From Eledone cirrhosa (taxonomy: Eukaryota): a stretch of DNA of 64,000 bases. This document shows, piece by piece, positions 25,201 to 39,578 of this stretch (its first letter is position 1; each line of letters opens with the position of its first letter). Position numbers and translations under genes: made by a program. Location: contig OZ024741.1 of assembly GCA_964016885.1 (NCBI GenBank), positions 33,604,001 through 33,668,000 on the forward strand, written 5' to 3'. Below the pieces are notes generated by a model. The model was given only the letters and a program-made list of their open reading frames with translations. It made no database searches and was not told the DNA's origin.

Positions 25201-25978
25201 TATAAATGCTATTTCAAGCGTTAACCTAATATATTCCTTCCATATACTGTACCGATTGTGTTGTTATTTCTGTTTACCCTTTACATGTATGTATATATAT
25301 GTATATATATATATATATAAAACGAAGGAAATGTGGTAAGGAACCAGGTGGACCATAACGCACCAAAGTACTGAATACTTAGTGGGTAATAGGAACGAGT
25401 AGGACCCCGACGGCTAAGCTCAAGCCGTTTCGACGGCTAATTCTTTATATATATCAACCTAAATCCCGAAGGAAAAAAAAGTGAAAATTAAAGAACAACC
25501 CTGCCAAGGGGAGATAATTGGACAGAATATCATTTATCAATGAAGTGCCACATTTGTGCGGTAATTAAGACTGTGGGAAATGTCGCAGAAGTAAATCTAT
25601 TTAGTAGCCACCACCAACTCACCCTTCTTTTCCTGTCAACTATCTGCCAGCATATCTTGCTAAGGAAAATATTTTTACCAAAGCAAGGCGGTGGAGTATT
25701 TATTTTCACTGTATGTAGTATTGGTGTTATGGAAATAATTTTGTATTTTTCGGTGTTCTTGCACCATTGTAACTGAGAGAAGAACTGAATATTCGCTAAA
25801 TAATATGTTTCTTTGTTATATATATATATAACATTATAATAAATGTTCGGTAAACCGATGCGTACATATATATATGTGTACATGTATGTATATATATACA
25901 TACTACTGTACGTCTGTATACATATATGTATGTACGTATACATACATACTTACATTTATATATATATATATATATTTA

Positions 25979-26195
25979 ATCTGAGTTTTTCGAATATTAA
26001 TAACATTCGATTCTTTTGCTATTATGCAAACAACCCTCAATTTTATAGCCATGTCAGTAGAATGAACACTTCATTCTTGCTTTTGTGTTGGCATGTGAAC
26101 AGAACTGCATAATTGCAAAAGAATCGAATGTTATTATTAATATTCGAAAAACTCAGATTACATTTATTGTATTCAGCCATGTAGAGCGAAAACTT
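25979..26195. repeat. Palindromic repeat family (second copy ~58548-58757)
   Basis: atctgagtttttcgaatattaataacattcgattc ... gaatcgaatgttattattaatattcgaaaaactcagat. Confidence 0.75.
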
Positions 26196-26333
26196 TTTTT
26201 ATATATATACACATACATACATTTACAGTTCTAGTCCTGTAGAAGCCATTTCTATATTTAATATTTATACACTGCTATGTATTGAGTACCTTACGTACTG
26301 TGGTTACCCTCGATATTGAACCCGGAGTAAACT

Positions 26334-26373
<40 letters not shown>

Positions 26374-26393
26374 CATGCATACATACATACATA

Positions 26394-27334
26394 CATGGTG
26401 GCTGCCAAATCGTTTTCGAGTACGGCCACTACTTTATATCCATGTAGGAGAACTCCTACCGATGCGCTGAACGAGTGTGACTTTTTAGTCCAGACAACGA
26501 CTTGAAAACTCTGGTACAAACACTACACTTGTGACAAATATTGACTCATAGTGCTGGGCCCATGATACCATGTGATGACAAGTGCAGAGAGATCTCCAGA
26601 TATAAAAAAAATGCCTGTGCCGTGAAGCTTTTATAGTGAGCAAAGGCACTGCACAAAGCCAGTCCCACTCTCTTAACCAAGATGATATTTACCAAAAAGA
26701 AGAACAAGTCAACATCATTGGATACCATCAGAGTTGCAGGTGTTATATCAGAGTTTTCCTTCTCCTAGAATTCTGCCTTGACAAAGGCTAAGGGGTCATC
26801 TCTCCCGGTGATTTTGGATGGCCATTGACTCTTAAGAGCTCCTTTGCCCTTTGACAGGTTTTGTTTTTAGTCCTGCAGGATGTCCAAAGTCACCCTCCTC
26901 ACCAAGAAACCTTGGTGGGGTTGCCAGTTTAGTCGCCAACGACCCGACCATGAGACATACATACATACATACATACATACATACATACATACATACATAC
27001 ATGGTGGCTGCCAACTCGTTTTCGAGTACGGCCACTACTTTATATCCATGTAGGAGAACCCCTACCGATGCGCTGAACGAGTGTGACTTTTTAGTCCAGC
27101 CAGCGACTTGAAAACTCTGGTACAAACACTACACTTGTGACAATTATTGACACATAGTGCTGGGCCCATGGTACCATGTGATGGCAAGTGCAGAGAGATC
27201 TCCAGATATAAAGCAATGCCTGTGCCGTGAAGCTTTTATAGTGAGCAAAGGCACTGCACAAAGCCAGTCCCACTCTCTTAACCAAGATGATATTTACCAA
27301 AAAGAAGAACAAGTCAACATCATTGGATACCATC
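26394..27334 (-). mobile_element. Two tandem bipartite non-autonomous RTE derivatives
   Basis: An RTE-type 5' UTR (ctaggagaaggaaaactctga) is fused to a 3' C2H2 remnant (CSVCTRVFKSLAGLKSHTRSAHR*), a 3' stem-loop and (TATG)n; copies 26394-26956 and 27000-27334. Confidence 0.75.
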
Positions 27335-27608
27335 ATACATACATACATACATACATACATACAAAGAGAAAGAGAGAGGTCCAGGACAATCCCGTGCAAT
27401 TACCACATTTGTTAGCACTCTGAGACAGGTCCACTCGCTTATACGTTCAAACCATATTTCATTGAATGAGTGACGGTGAGCAATTGAATATATTATAGCC
27501 AATATATTTCCTCTAACCTCGCTACTAGAGAGTTTGGTGTGTTATTCAAAATTTAGTACAGAAATTATAATAGTTACTACATACGTACAAAAGTATATAC
27601 CAACGCAC

Positions 27609-27711
<103 letters not shown>

Positions 27712-28129
27712 AACAGATAGCCTTGTATTTCTCATCACGAAATGATAGTGTGTTTTTGAACACTTTCTAATGACAGATTTCTCGAAAGAGATCTGTAGCG
27801 AAAGATTTGCTACATGGTAATATCACACATGTTTTCTTCAGATCGTTGAATCTTTCCGCATATTCTTTCACTGTAAAGACTTATGTTAAATAATTCATAT
27901 TTTCATATGAACATTTGTGGAGCACCTTTGGTGAATAACACCTTCCTATAATTAATTATGACGTAGCCTTTGGAGTATATATGTTTCCATGTGTGCGTGT
28001 TTTTTATATGAATGTATGTGTCCGATTATATCTACTCATGAGCGGATAATTAAACGTTATACCTATACCATGGTTTCAAGAAAATGTCTGCGATCGTCAG
28101 AAGTGAAGTTAAAATAGAAAGCGAATAGG

Positions 28130-28290
28130 AGTAGCCTCCTTTTTTTCAGTCCACACAAATACTGGGTCATTTATATAGATGTCATGACAACAACAAGCTG
28201 TCCATTGATCCCAATCTCCTGCAGAACCTTCCACAACATTGAAGTAAATTTTTCTAGTTCTAAAACACTCACAAGTAGACATATTTTTAA
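28130..28290 (-). pseudogene. Very old LINE RT fragment
   Basis: MLWKVLQEIGINGQLVVVMTSI resembles the segment following DLEKAFD in RTE/L2 RTs. Confidence 0.4.
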
Positions 28291-28504
28291 TTCAATTTAA
28301 GTACACCTCATATCGTTCTTTCGCTCCTATATAATACGAGATATTTTTCACCAAATTAAATTATTCTAAACTTGGCCAGCTGTTCGATATAGTTTGCTTT
28401 GAAGAAAACGCATTATAACTCCATTGAACACATAAATAACATTTTATACAAATATATTTGATATAAATAGATTCTAAGAAACATTCTAACCATATTACAC
28501 ACAC

Positions 28505-28689
<185 letters not shown>

Positions 28690-28734
28690 TAGAACTTGAG
28701 ACTCCTATTCTTCATTAAGTCATCTCTCTGGAAG

Positions 28735-28970
28735 TTCCCTCTGATATAAAAACCTGCGACTTCGTTTGCATCAAATGATGTAGACCGGCTCTTCTTTTTA
28801 GGCAAATGCATTCGCTGTTCAGAGACTGGGATTGTCCCCATGTAAAGCCTTTCCTCTCTTGAAAAAGCTTCAAGCACAGGCATTGCTTGATATGTGACAA
28901 TTTTTGAGATGCGTCGGATTCCTGGCCATAGGCAAGTCCCTAGCAGGACTAAAAAGCCAACTCAGTGATG
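28735..28970 (+). mobile_element. Diverged RTE 5' UTR fragments
   Basis: ctctgatataaaaacctgc...aatgatgtagac...tcttcttttt...aaaagcttca.gcacaggcattgctt is homologous to the 26.4-kb element. Confidence 0.6.
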
Positions 28971-28972
28971 AT

Positions 28973-29816
<844 letters not shown>

Positions 29817-29849
29817 ATATTCTATTTTGGTATTCTTTCGTTATTAATT

Positions 29850-29968
29850 GTTTTGTTATTGTGTATTTACACTCAATTTTATTGTAAACCTCCACTGTCT
29901 CCGTCTTTGTATTGTCCCCTATATGTCGGCCATTGTGGCCAATAAATGAAACAATCATTATTATTATG
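29850..29968 (+). mobile_element. Tx1-like LINE 3' UTR stub
   Basis: tgtaaacc...tttgtattgtcccct...cattgtggccaataaa resembles the 3' end of the 3.8-kb LINE; (ATT)n tail. Confidence 0.55.
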
Positions 29969-29975
29969 ATTAGCT

Positions 29976-30690
29976 TACACTAGGGCGGTGGAGTGTCGGG
30001 CAATATGCTCGGCTCAAGAACAATACACCACACACTAGGGCGGTGGAGTGTCGGGCAATATGCTCGGCTCAAGAACAATACACCACACACTAGGGCGGTG
30101 GAGTGTCGGACAATATGCTCGGCTCAAGAACAATACACCACACACTAGGGCGGTGGAGTGTCGGACAATATGCTCGGCTCAAGAACAATACACCACACAC
30201 TAGGGCGGTGGAGTGTCGGACAATATGCTCGGTTCAAGAACAATACACCACACACTAGGGCGGTGGAGTGTCGGGGAATATGCTCGGCTCAAGAACAATA
30301 CACCACACACTAGGGCGGTGGAGTGTCGGGCAATATGCTCGGCTCAAGAACAATACACCACACACTAGGGCGGTGGAGTGTCGGGCAATATGCTCGGCTC
30401 AAGAACAATACACCACACACTAGGGCGGTGGAGTGTCGGGCAATATGCTCGGCTTAAGAACAATACACCACACACTAGGGCGATGGAGTGTCGGGCAATA
30501 TGCTCGGCTCAAGAACAATACACCACACACTAGGGCGGTGGAGTGTCGGGCAATATGCTCGGCTCAAGAACAATACACCACACACTAGGGCGGTGGAGTG
30601 TCGGGCAATATGCTCGGCTCAAGAACAATACACCACACACTAGGGCGGTGGAGTGTCGGGCAATATGCTCGGCTCAAGAACAATACACCA
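29976..30690. repeat. 55-bp minisatellite, ~13 copies
   Basis: Unit cacactagggcggtggagtgtcgggcaatatgctcggctcaagaacaatacacca. Confidence 0.95.
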
Positions 30691-30796
30691 CTAGGTCCAG
30701 GAATTGATGCCAATATCATATTATTGTAAGTCCAGCACCCTACTGCCACTACTACCACTACCACCAACTTAAGATATGTGGCATTGTGCCTATATT

Positions 30797-31208
30797 AGCA
30801 GTAGCAGTAGTAGTAGTAGTAGCAGCAGCAGTAGTAGTAGTAGTAGTAGTAGTAGCAGTAGTAGTAGCAGGAGCAGCAGTAGTAGTAGTAGTAGCAGCAG
30901 CTGTAGTAGCAGCAGTAGTAGTAGTAGTAGTAGCAGCAGTAGTAGTAGCAGTAGCAGCAGTAGTAGTAGTAGTAGTAGTAGTAGCAGCAGCTGTAGTAGC
31001 AGTAGTAGTAGTAGTAGTAGTAGCAGCAGCAGTAGTAGTAGCAGTAGTAGTAGCAGCAGCAGTAGTAGTAGTAGTAGTAGCAGCAGCAACAGTAGTAGTA
31101 GTAGTAGTAGCAGTAGTAGTAGTAGTAGTAGCAGCAGTAGTAGTAGTAGCAGCAGTAGCAGTAGCAGTAGCAGCAGTAGTAGTAGTAGTAGTAGTAGTAG
31201 CAGCAGCT

Positions 31209-31266
<58 letters not shown>

Positions 31267-31590
31267 CAGCAGTAGTAGTAGTAGCAGCAGTAGTAGTAGC
31301 AGTAGTAGTAGTAGTAGTAGCAGCAGTAGTAGTAGTAGCAGCAGTAGTAGTAGCAGTAGTAGTAGTAGTAGTAGTAGCAGCAGCTGTAGTAGCAGTAGTA
31401 GTAGTAGTAGTAGTAGTAGCAGTAGCAGCAGTAGTAGTAGTAGTAGCAGCAGCAGTAGTAGTAGTAGTAGTAGTAGTAGTAGCAGTAGCAGCAGTAGTAG
31501 TAGTAGTAGCAGCAGTAGTAGTAGTAGTAGTAGCAGTAGTAGTAGTAGCAGCAGCAGTAGTAGTAGTAGCAGCAGTAGTAGTAGTAGTAA
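30797..31590. repeat. (AGT/AGC)n trinucleotide array
   Basis: Direct reading. Confidence 0.95.
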
Positions 31591-31662
31591 ATTCTACTTC
31601 ATCTGAATGGAGTCTTTATCCTTGACAAAGACAGAATGAAGAGCATGGTTGTCTGAACAAAA

Positions 31663-32595
31663 GGTCCAACAAGTAGACAAGTGTGTGTGTGTGTCACTCA
31701 CAATGAATGTGTTAATATACATGTATTGGTCCAACAAGTAGACAAGTGTGTGTGTGTGTCACTCACAATGAATGTGTTAATATACATGTATTGGTCCAAC
31801 AAGTAGACAAGTGTGTGTGTGTGTCACTCACAATGAATGTGTTAATATACATGTATTGGTCCAACAAGTAGACAAGTGTGTGTGTGTGTGTGTCACTCAC
31901 AATGAATGTGTTAATATACATGTATTGGTCCAACAAGTAGACAAGTGTGTGTGTGTGTGTGTGTGTCACTCACAATGAATGTGTTAATATACATGTATTG
32001 GTCCAACAAGTAGACAAGTGTGTGTGTGTGTCACTCACAATGAATGTGTTAATATACATGTATTGGTCCAACAAGTAGACAAGTGTGTGTGTGTGTCACT
32101 CACAATGAATGTGTTAATATACATGTATTGGTCCAACAAGTAGACAAGTGTGTGTGTGTGTCACTCACAATGAATGCGTTAATATACATGTATTGGTCCA
32201 ACAAGTAGACAAGTGTGTGTGTGTGTCACTCACAATGAATGTGTTAATATACATGTATTGGTCCAACAAGTAGACAAGTGTGTGTGTGTGTCACTCACAA
32301 TGAATGTGTTAATATACATGTATTGGTCCAACAAGTAGACAAGTGTGTGTGTGTGTGTGTGTCACTCACAATGAATGTGTTAATATACATGTATTGGTCC
32401 AACAAGTAGACAAGTGTGTGTGTGTGTCACTCACAATGAATGTGTTAATATACATGTATTGGTCCAACAAGTAGACAAGTGTGTGTGTGTGTCACTCACA
32501 ATGAATGTGTTAATATACATGTATTGGTCCAACAAGTAGACAAGTGTGTGTGTGTGTCACTCACGATGAATGTGTTAATATACATGTATTGGTCC
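31663..32595. repeat. 65-bp minisatellite with embedded variable (GT)n, ~14 copies
   Basis: Unit ggtccaacaagtagacaa(gt)ncactcacaatgaatgtgttaatatacatgtatt. Confidence 0.95.
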
Positions 32596-32716
32596 ATGTG
32601 TCATCAAAACACACATACATTTATACATATCAATATATACATGTATAGATATATATATGTATGTGTAAATATATATATGTATGTATGTACGTAATATATA
32701 TTTATATATGTGTGTG

Positions 32717-33019
<303 letters not shown>

Positions 33020-33509
33020 GAATGAAAAGGAGTAGGGGTATGCCAATGTGTTTATGTGTGTGTTTGTGGAATAGATTAGCTTCCATTTTTATTCTGACAA
33101 TGTCCTTTCCTTATAAACCACGTCAGTTCTCTTGAGTAAGTTTAGCTTTGCTGTTACTGGCTAGTGTGTACATACCTTGTACTGTGTGTGTAGAGATAGT
33201 CCTGCGTCTGATAGTGGTGTGGTGGTGGTGGTGGTGGTGGTGGTGGTGGTGGTGGTGGTGGTGGTGGTGGTGGTGGTGGAGCTGATGCCGGTCGGAGTGT
33301 TGGTAGAGGTGGTAGTGATGGTTGTGGTAGGGGTGATGGTGGGAGGATAGAGTGGTGGTAGTGGTGGTGGTGGTGGTAGTAGTAGTAGTTCTGTCAATGA
33401 ATTAGTTGAGAAAGTTCCAAGAACTGGTTGGCTGCTTCCATTGTGTTTAGTTCTTTCACTTTGAGAATGTCCGTTGTCGAATAATGGCTACTTGTCTATA
33501 TGTGTAGCT

Positions 33510-34175
33510 TCACCATCACCATCATAAACAACATTACCTTCACCGTCACCACCATCATCACCAATACCTTCACCACCACCACCACCAATACCTTCACCAC
33601 CACCACCATCGTCACCATAACCCCCAATTTCTCCATTATGACCGCCATTATCACCGCCACCATCATAACCCCCAAAATGACCATCACTACCATTACCGCT
33701 ACCATTATCGCCATCATCATCACCATCATCATCACCATCGTACCCACCAATACCTTCACCACCATCATCATACCCACCACTATCACCCCCCAAAATATCC
33801 CCATTCCCGTCACCCCATCACCGCCACCACCACCATCATCGCTACCATCACCCCATCACCTCACCACCATCACCATCACCTCAACGCCACCACCATCAGC
33901 CCATCCCCATCACCTCACCACTACCACCTTCACCATCAGCCCATCCCCATCACCACACCACCACCATCAGCCCATCACCATCACCATCAGCCTATCTTTA
34001 TCACCTCACCACCATCCCCTTCACCTCAACGCCACCACCATCAGCCCATCCCTAGCACCTCACCGCCACCACTGTCACCATCAGCCCATCCCAATCACCT
34101 CACCACCACCACCATCGCCACCATCACTATCACCAGCACTATTTCTACCAACCACATCACTACCAACTACAACAA
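33510..34175. repeat. (CAC/CAT)-rich low-complexity tract
   Basis: Direct reading. Confidence 0.85.
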
Positions 34176-34579
34176 AATGAAGTAAGAGAAACCCGTGGTG
34201 GACGCTAGACATGCTAGAAATGGCACCTGTAATGTCACCCTGGATCTCTTAAAACAGGACACGCTGAATTAAGTCTGTGGTCCCTAAACATAGATAAAAC
34301 ATGATATAGTGATAGCGGAGAGCCCCTTCATTATATGTCTAGTGGATTAGGGTTGACTCAACAAGTACGTCGTCGTCGTCGTGTAGGCGGCGGTGGTGGT
34401 AGAGGTAGCTACTGTAGTTGATGATATTAGTGATGATGATGATACCGACGGCGGCGACGATGGTGATGATGATTATGATAACTACGACGACAGCGGCGAC
34501 GATACTCATGATCATGATGATCGGGGCGACGACGATGTCAACGGTGATAATGGTGATGATAAGAAGAAGGAGGTGACGG

Positions 34580-37508
34580 CAGACGAGAGAGAGAGATGAC
34601 GACGATGTCTGTGGTGATAACGAGGTGGAATGACAGTAGACGAGAGAGAGACGACGTCTGTGGCGATAAGAGGAGGTGGAATGACAGTAGACGAGAGAGA
34701 GACGACGTCTGTGGTGATAACAAGAGGTGGAATGACAGTAGACGAGAGAGAGACGACGTCTGTGGCGATAAGAGGAGGTGGAATGACAGTAGACGAGAGA
34801 GAGACGACGTCTGTGGTGATAACAAGAGGTGGAATGACAGTAGACGAGAGAGAGACGACGTCTGTGGCGATAAGAGGAGGTGGAATGACAGTAGACGAGA
34901 GAGAGACGACGTCTGTGGCGATAAGAGGAGGTGGAATGACAGTAGACGAGAGAGAGACGACGTCTGTGGCGATAACAAGAGGTGGAATGACAGTAGACGA
35001 GAGAGAGACGACGTCTGTGGCGATAAGAGGAGGTGGAATGACAGTAGACGAGAGAGAGACGACGTCTGTGGCGATAAGAGGAGGTGGAATGACAGTAGAC
35101 GAGAGAGAGACGACGTCTGTGGCGATAAGAGGAGGTGGAATGACAGTAGACGAGAGAGAGACGACGTCTGTGGCGATAACAAGAGGTGGAATGACAGTAG
35201 ACGAGAGAGAGACGACGTCTGTGGCGATAAGAGGAGGTGGAATGACAGTAGACGAGAGAGAGACGACGTCTGTGGCGATAAGAGGAGGTGGAATGACAGT
35301 AGACGAGAGAGAGACGACGTCTGTGGCGATAAGAGGAGGTGGAATGACAGTAGACGAGAGAGAGACGACGTCTGTGGCGATAACAAGAGGTGGAATGACA
35401 GTAGACGAGAGAGAGACGACGTCTGTGGCGATAAGAGGAGGTGGAATGACAGTAGACGAGAGAGAGACGACGTCTGTGGCGATAAGAGGAGGTGGAATGA
35501 CAGTAGACGAGAGAGAGACGACGTCTGTGGCGATAACAAGAAGTGGAATGACAGTAGACGAGAGAGAGAGACGACGTCTGTGGCGATAAGAGGAGGTGGA
35601 ATGACAGTAGACGAGAGAGAGACGACGTCTGTGGCGATAACAAGAGGTGGAATGACAGTAGACGAGAGAGAGACGACGTCTGTGGCGATAAGAGGAGGTG
35701 GAATGACAGTAGACGAGAGAGAGACGACGTCTGTGGCGATAAGAGGAGGTGGAATGACAGTAGACGAGAGAGAGACGACGTCTGTGGCGATAAGAGGAGG
35801 TGGAATGACAGTAGACGATAGAGAGACGACGTCTGTGGCGATAACAAGAGGTGGACTGACAGTAGACGAGAGAGAGACGACGTCTGTGGCGATAAGAGGA
35901 GGTGGAATGACAGTAGACGAGAGAGAGACGACGTCTGTGGCGATAACAAGAGGTGGAATGACAGTAGACGAGAGAGAGACGACGTCTGTGGCGATAAGAG
36001 GAGGTGGAATGACAGTAGACGAGAGAGAGACGACGTCTGTGGCGATAAGAGGAGGTGGAATGACAGTAGACGAGAGAGAGACGACGTCTGTGGCGATAAC
36101 AAGAGGTGGAATGACAGTAGACGAGAGAGAGACGACGTCTGTGGCGATAAGAGGAGGTGGAATGACAGTAGACGAGAGAGAGACGACGTCTGTGGCGATA
36201 AGAGGAGGTGGAATGACAGTAGATGAGAGAGAGACGACGTCTGTGGCGATAAGAGGAGGTGGAATGACAGTAGACGAGAGAGAGACGACGTCTGTGGCGA
36301 TAACAAGAGGTGGAATGACAGTAGACGAGAGAGAGACGACGTCTGTGGCGATAAGAGGGGGTGGAATGACAGTAGACGAGAGAGAGACGACGTCTGTGGC
36401 GATAAGAGGAGGTGGAATGACAGTAGACGAGAGAGAGACGACGTCTGTGGCGATAAGAGGAGGTGGAATGACAGTAGACGAGAGAGAGACGACGTCTGTG
36501 GCGATAAGAGGAGGTGGAATGACAGTAGACGAGAGAGAGACGACGTCTGTGGCGATAAGAGGAGGTGGAATGACAGTAGACGAGAGAGAGACGACGTCTG
36601 TGGCGATAAGAGGAGGTGGAATGACAGTAGACGAGAGAGAGACGACGTCTGTGGCGATAAGAGGAGGTGGAATGACAGTCGACGAGAGAGAGACGACGTC
36701 TGTGGCGATAAGAGGAGGTGGAATGACAGTAGACGAGAGAGAGACGACGTCTGTGGCGATAAGAGGATGTGGAATGACAGTAGATGAGAGAGAGACGACG
36801 TCTGTGGCGATAAGAGGAGGTGGAATGACAGTAGACGAGAGAGAGACGACGTCTGTGGCGATAAGAGGATGTGGAATGACAGTAGACGAGAGAGAGACGA
36901 CGTCTGTGGCGATAAGAGGAGGTGGAATGACAGTAGACGAGAGAGAGACGACGTCTGTGGCGATAAGAGGAGGTGGAATGACAGTAGACGAGAGAGAGAC
37001 GACGTCTGTGGCGATAACAAGAGGTGGAATGACAGTAGACGAGAGAGAGACGACGTCTGTGGCGATAAGAGGAGGTGGAATGACAGTAGACGAGAGAGAG
37101 ACGACGTCTGTGGCGATAACAAGAGGTGGAATGACAGTAGACGAGAGAGAGACGACGTCTGTGGCGATAAGAGGAGGTGGAATGACAGTAGACGAGAGAG
37201 AGACGACGTCTGTGGCGATAAGAGGAGGTGGAATGACAGTAGACGAGAGAGAGACGACGTCTGTGGCGATAAGAGGATGTGGAATGACAGTAGATGAGAG
37301 AGAGACGACGTCTGTGGCGATAAGAGGAGGTGCAATGACAGTAGACGAGAGAGAGACGACGTCTGTGGCGATAAGAGGAGGTGGAATGACAGTAGACGAG
37401 AGAGAGACGACGTCTGTGGCGATAAGAGGAGGTGGAATGACAGTAGACGAGAGAGAGACGACGTCTGTGGCGATAAGAGGAGGTGGAATGACAGTAGATG
37501 AGAGAGAG
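34580..37508. repeat. 51-bp minisatellite, ~57 copies
   Basis: Unit gacgagagagagacgacgtctgtggcgataagaggaggtggaatgacagta, with a recurrent aacaagagg variant. Confidence 0.97.
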
Positions 37509-37511
37509 AAG

Positions 37512-38050
37512 CTGGTTGTGGTGGTGGTGATACTTGTGTTGTTGTTGTTGTGGTGGTGCTGGTGGTGGTGGTGCTGGTGCTGGTGGTGATAATAGGGGTG
37601 TTGATGGGTAGTGGTGGTTGTGGTGGTGTTGGTGGTGCTGGTGGTGGTGGTGGTGGTAGTGGTGGTGGTGATAATAGGGGTGTTGATGGGTAGTGGTGGT
37701 TGTGGTGGTGATGGTGGTGGTGGTGGTGGTGGTGGTGGTAGTGGTGGTGGTGATAATAGGGGTGTTGATGGGTAGTGGTGGTTGTGGTGGTGTTGGTGGT
37801 GCTGGTGGTGGTAGTGGTGGTGGTGATAATAGGGGTGTTGATGGGTAGTGGTGGTTGTGGTGGTGATGGTGGTGGTGGTGGTGGTAGTGGTGGTGGTGAT
37901 AATAGGGGTGTTGATGGGTAGTGGTGGTTGTGGTGGTGTTGGTGGTGCTGGTGGTGGTGGTGGTGGTAGTGGTGGTGGTGATAATAGGGGTGTTGATGGG
38001 TAGTGGTGGTTGTGGTGGTGATGGTGGTGGTGGTGGTGGTGGTGGTGGTG
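37512..38050. repeat. (GGT)n-based higher-order repeat
   Basis: gataataggggtgttgatgggtagtggtggttgtggtggtg recurs about 6 times between (GGT)n runs. Confidence 0.9.
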
Positions 38051-38069
38051 GAGGCTGTACTTCTGTACT

Positions 38070-38547
<478 letters not shown>

Positions 38548-38608
38548 TAAGCTCTGTTACCTACATAGTGCACTCTTTTTTCTTGGACTTTTCCGACGGA
38601 ATTACTTC

Positions 38609-38668
<60 letters not shown>

Positions 38669-38930
38669 GTATAAATAAAGTTTCATACACTTAACATGTA
38701 TGCGCTACCTTGGGTTTCGGAGTCCAGATATGGCCACTTGATGTCTGGGTGCCTGATGAGCGGACTGTGTTGAAGAGGCTCGTCCACTATACAGTGTTAA
38801 CTATAACTGGACGCCGAAACATACGGACACACATACATGCTAAGTCTATGAAACTTTATATATATTAAATAAGCGCTCTTGCAATAGATTTAGCATTGTT
38901 TTCCATGGCCGTTTATCTACGAATAACTTG

Positions 38931-39020
<90 letters not shown>

Positions 39021-39250
39021 TAGAGAGAGAGATACATATATATATATATATTGTTATATTTGGGGAGGGTCATATTTGCGTAATATTGCCAGAATTAATA
39101 ACAGAACACACTCACTGTTTGGTTGGTTTTCGCTTCTCGCTGTCTTTTATATATATATATCTGCGATCTAACTTACTCGGTCCTCAATGTTGCCATTGAC
39201 TGACCGGCGGTCAAAAATAATACAGATACAATATAGACAAACACATATAT

Positions 39251-39307
39251 ATATAGTTTACATAAATCTTTCGTTGCACATCTGCAACATCGTCAGTGGT
39301 GTTATAT
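39251..39307 (-). ncRNA. Hammerhead motif in PLE 3' UTR (mirror of 43531-43587)
   Basis: CA-CTGACGA-T-GTTGCA gatg TGCAAC-GAAA-GATT-TA-TG. Confidence 0.65.
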
Positions 39308-39578
39308 TCATTGTTCCTCCTGTTGTGTTGTATGTCTACGCCATTTTTTTTTTTTTTTTTTGTTCAGTCTGTCTATATATTTATTTATTTATTTGCTTGT
39401 TTGTTTATCTTATTTTATTTTGTCTTCTTTGCGCATGCGTTTGCGTGTGTGTATAGTGTTATGTGTGATGTGTGACTAGTGTGTATAGTCTTGTGTCTGC
39501 TGGGTGACTAGTGTGTGTTTATGTGCTTGTGTATGTATTTATTTATCTTATTTTATTTAATTTAATTTACTTATTTAT

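Noticed and set aside
25530-25790. Possible minus-strand exon(s) (ttctctcag acceptor, AAGG|gtgagt donor)
   Set aside because: Several mutually incompatible parses and no recognisable protein motif, so I cannot support it.
28160-28250. Tetraspanin CCG-like or TSP1 WxxW-like motifs in alternative frames
   Set aside because: The third frame matches a LINE RT segment better.
30776-31625. Poly-Ser and poly-Val ORFs
   Set aside because: Pure (AGT/AGC)n microsatellite.
29976-32595. CRISPR-like regular arrays (55-bp and 65-bp units)
   Set aside because: There are no unique spacers (only (GT)n length varies), no cas genes, and the context is eukaryotic.
34339-37589. ~1000-aa ORFs on both strands
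   Set aside because: They are translations of a 51-bp tandem repeat, the frame switches mid-array, and no domain is present.
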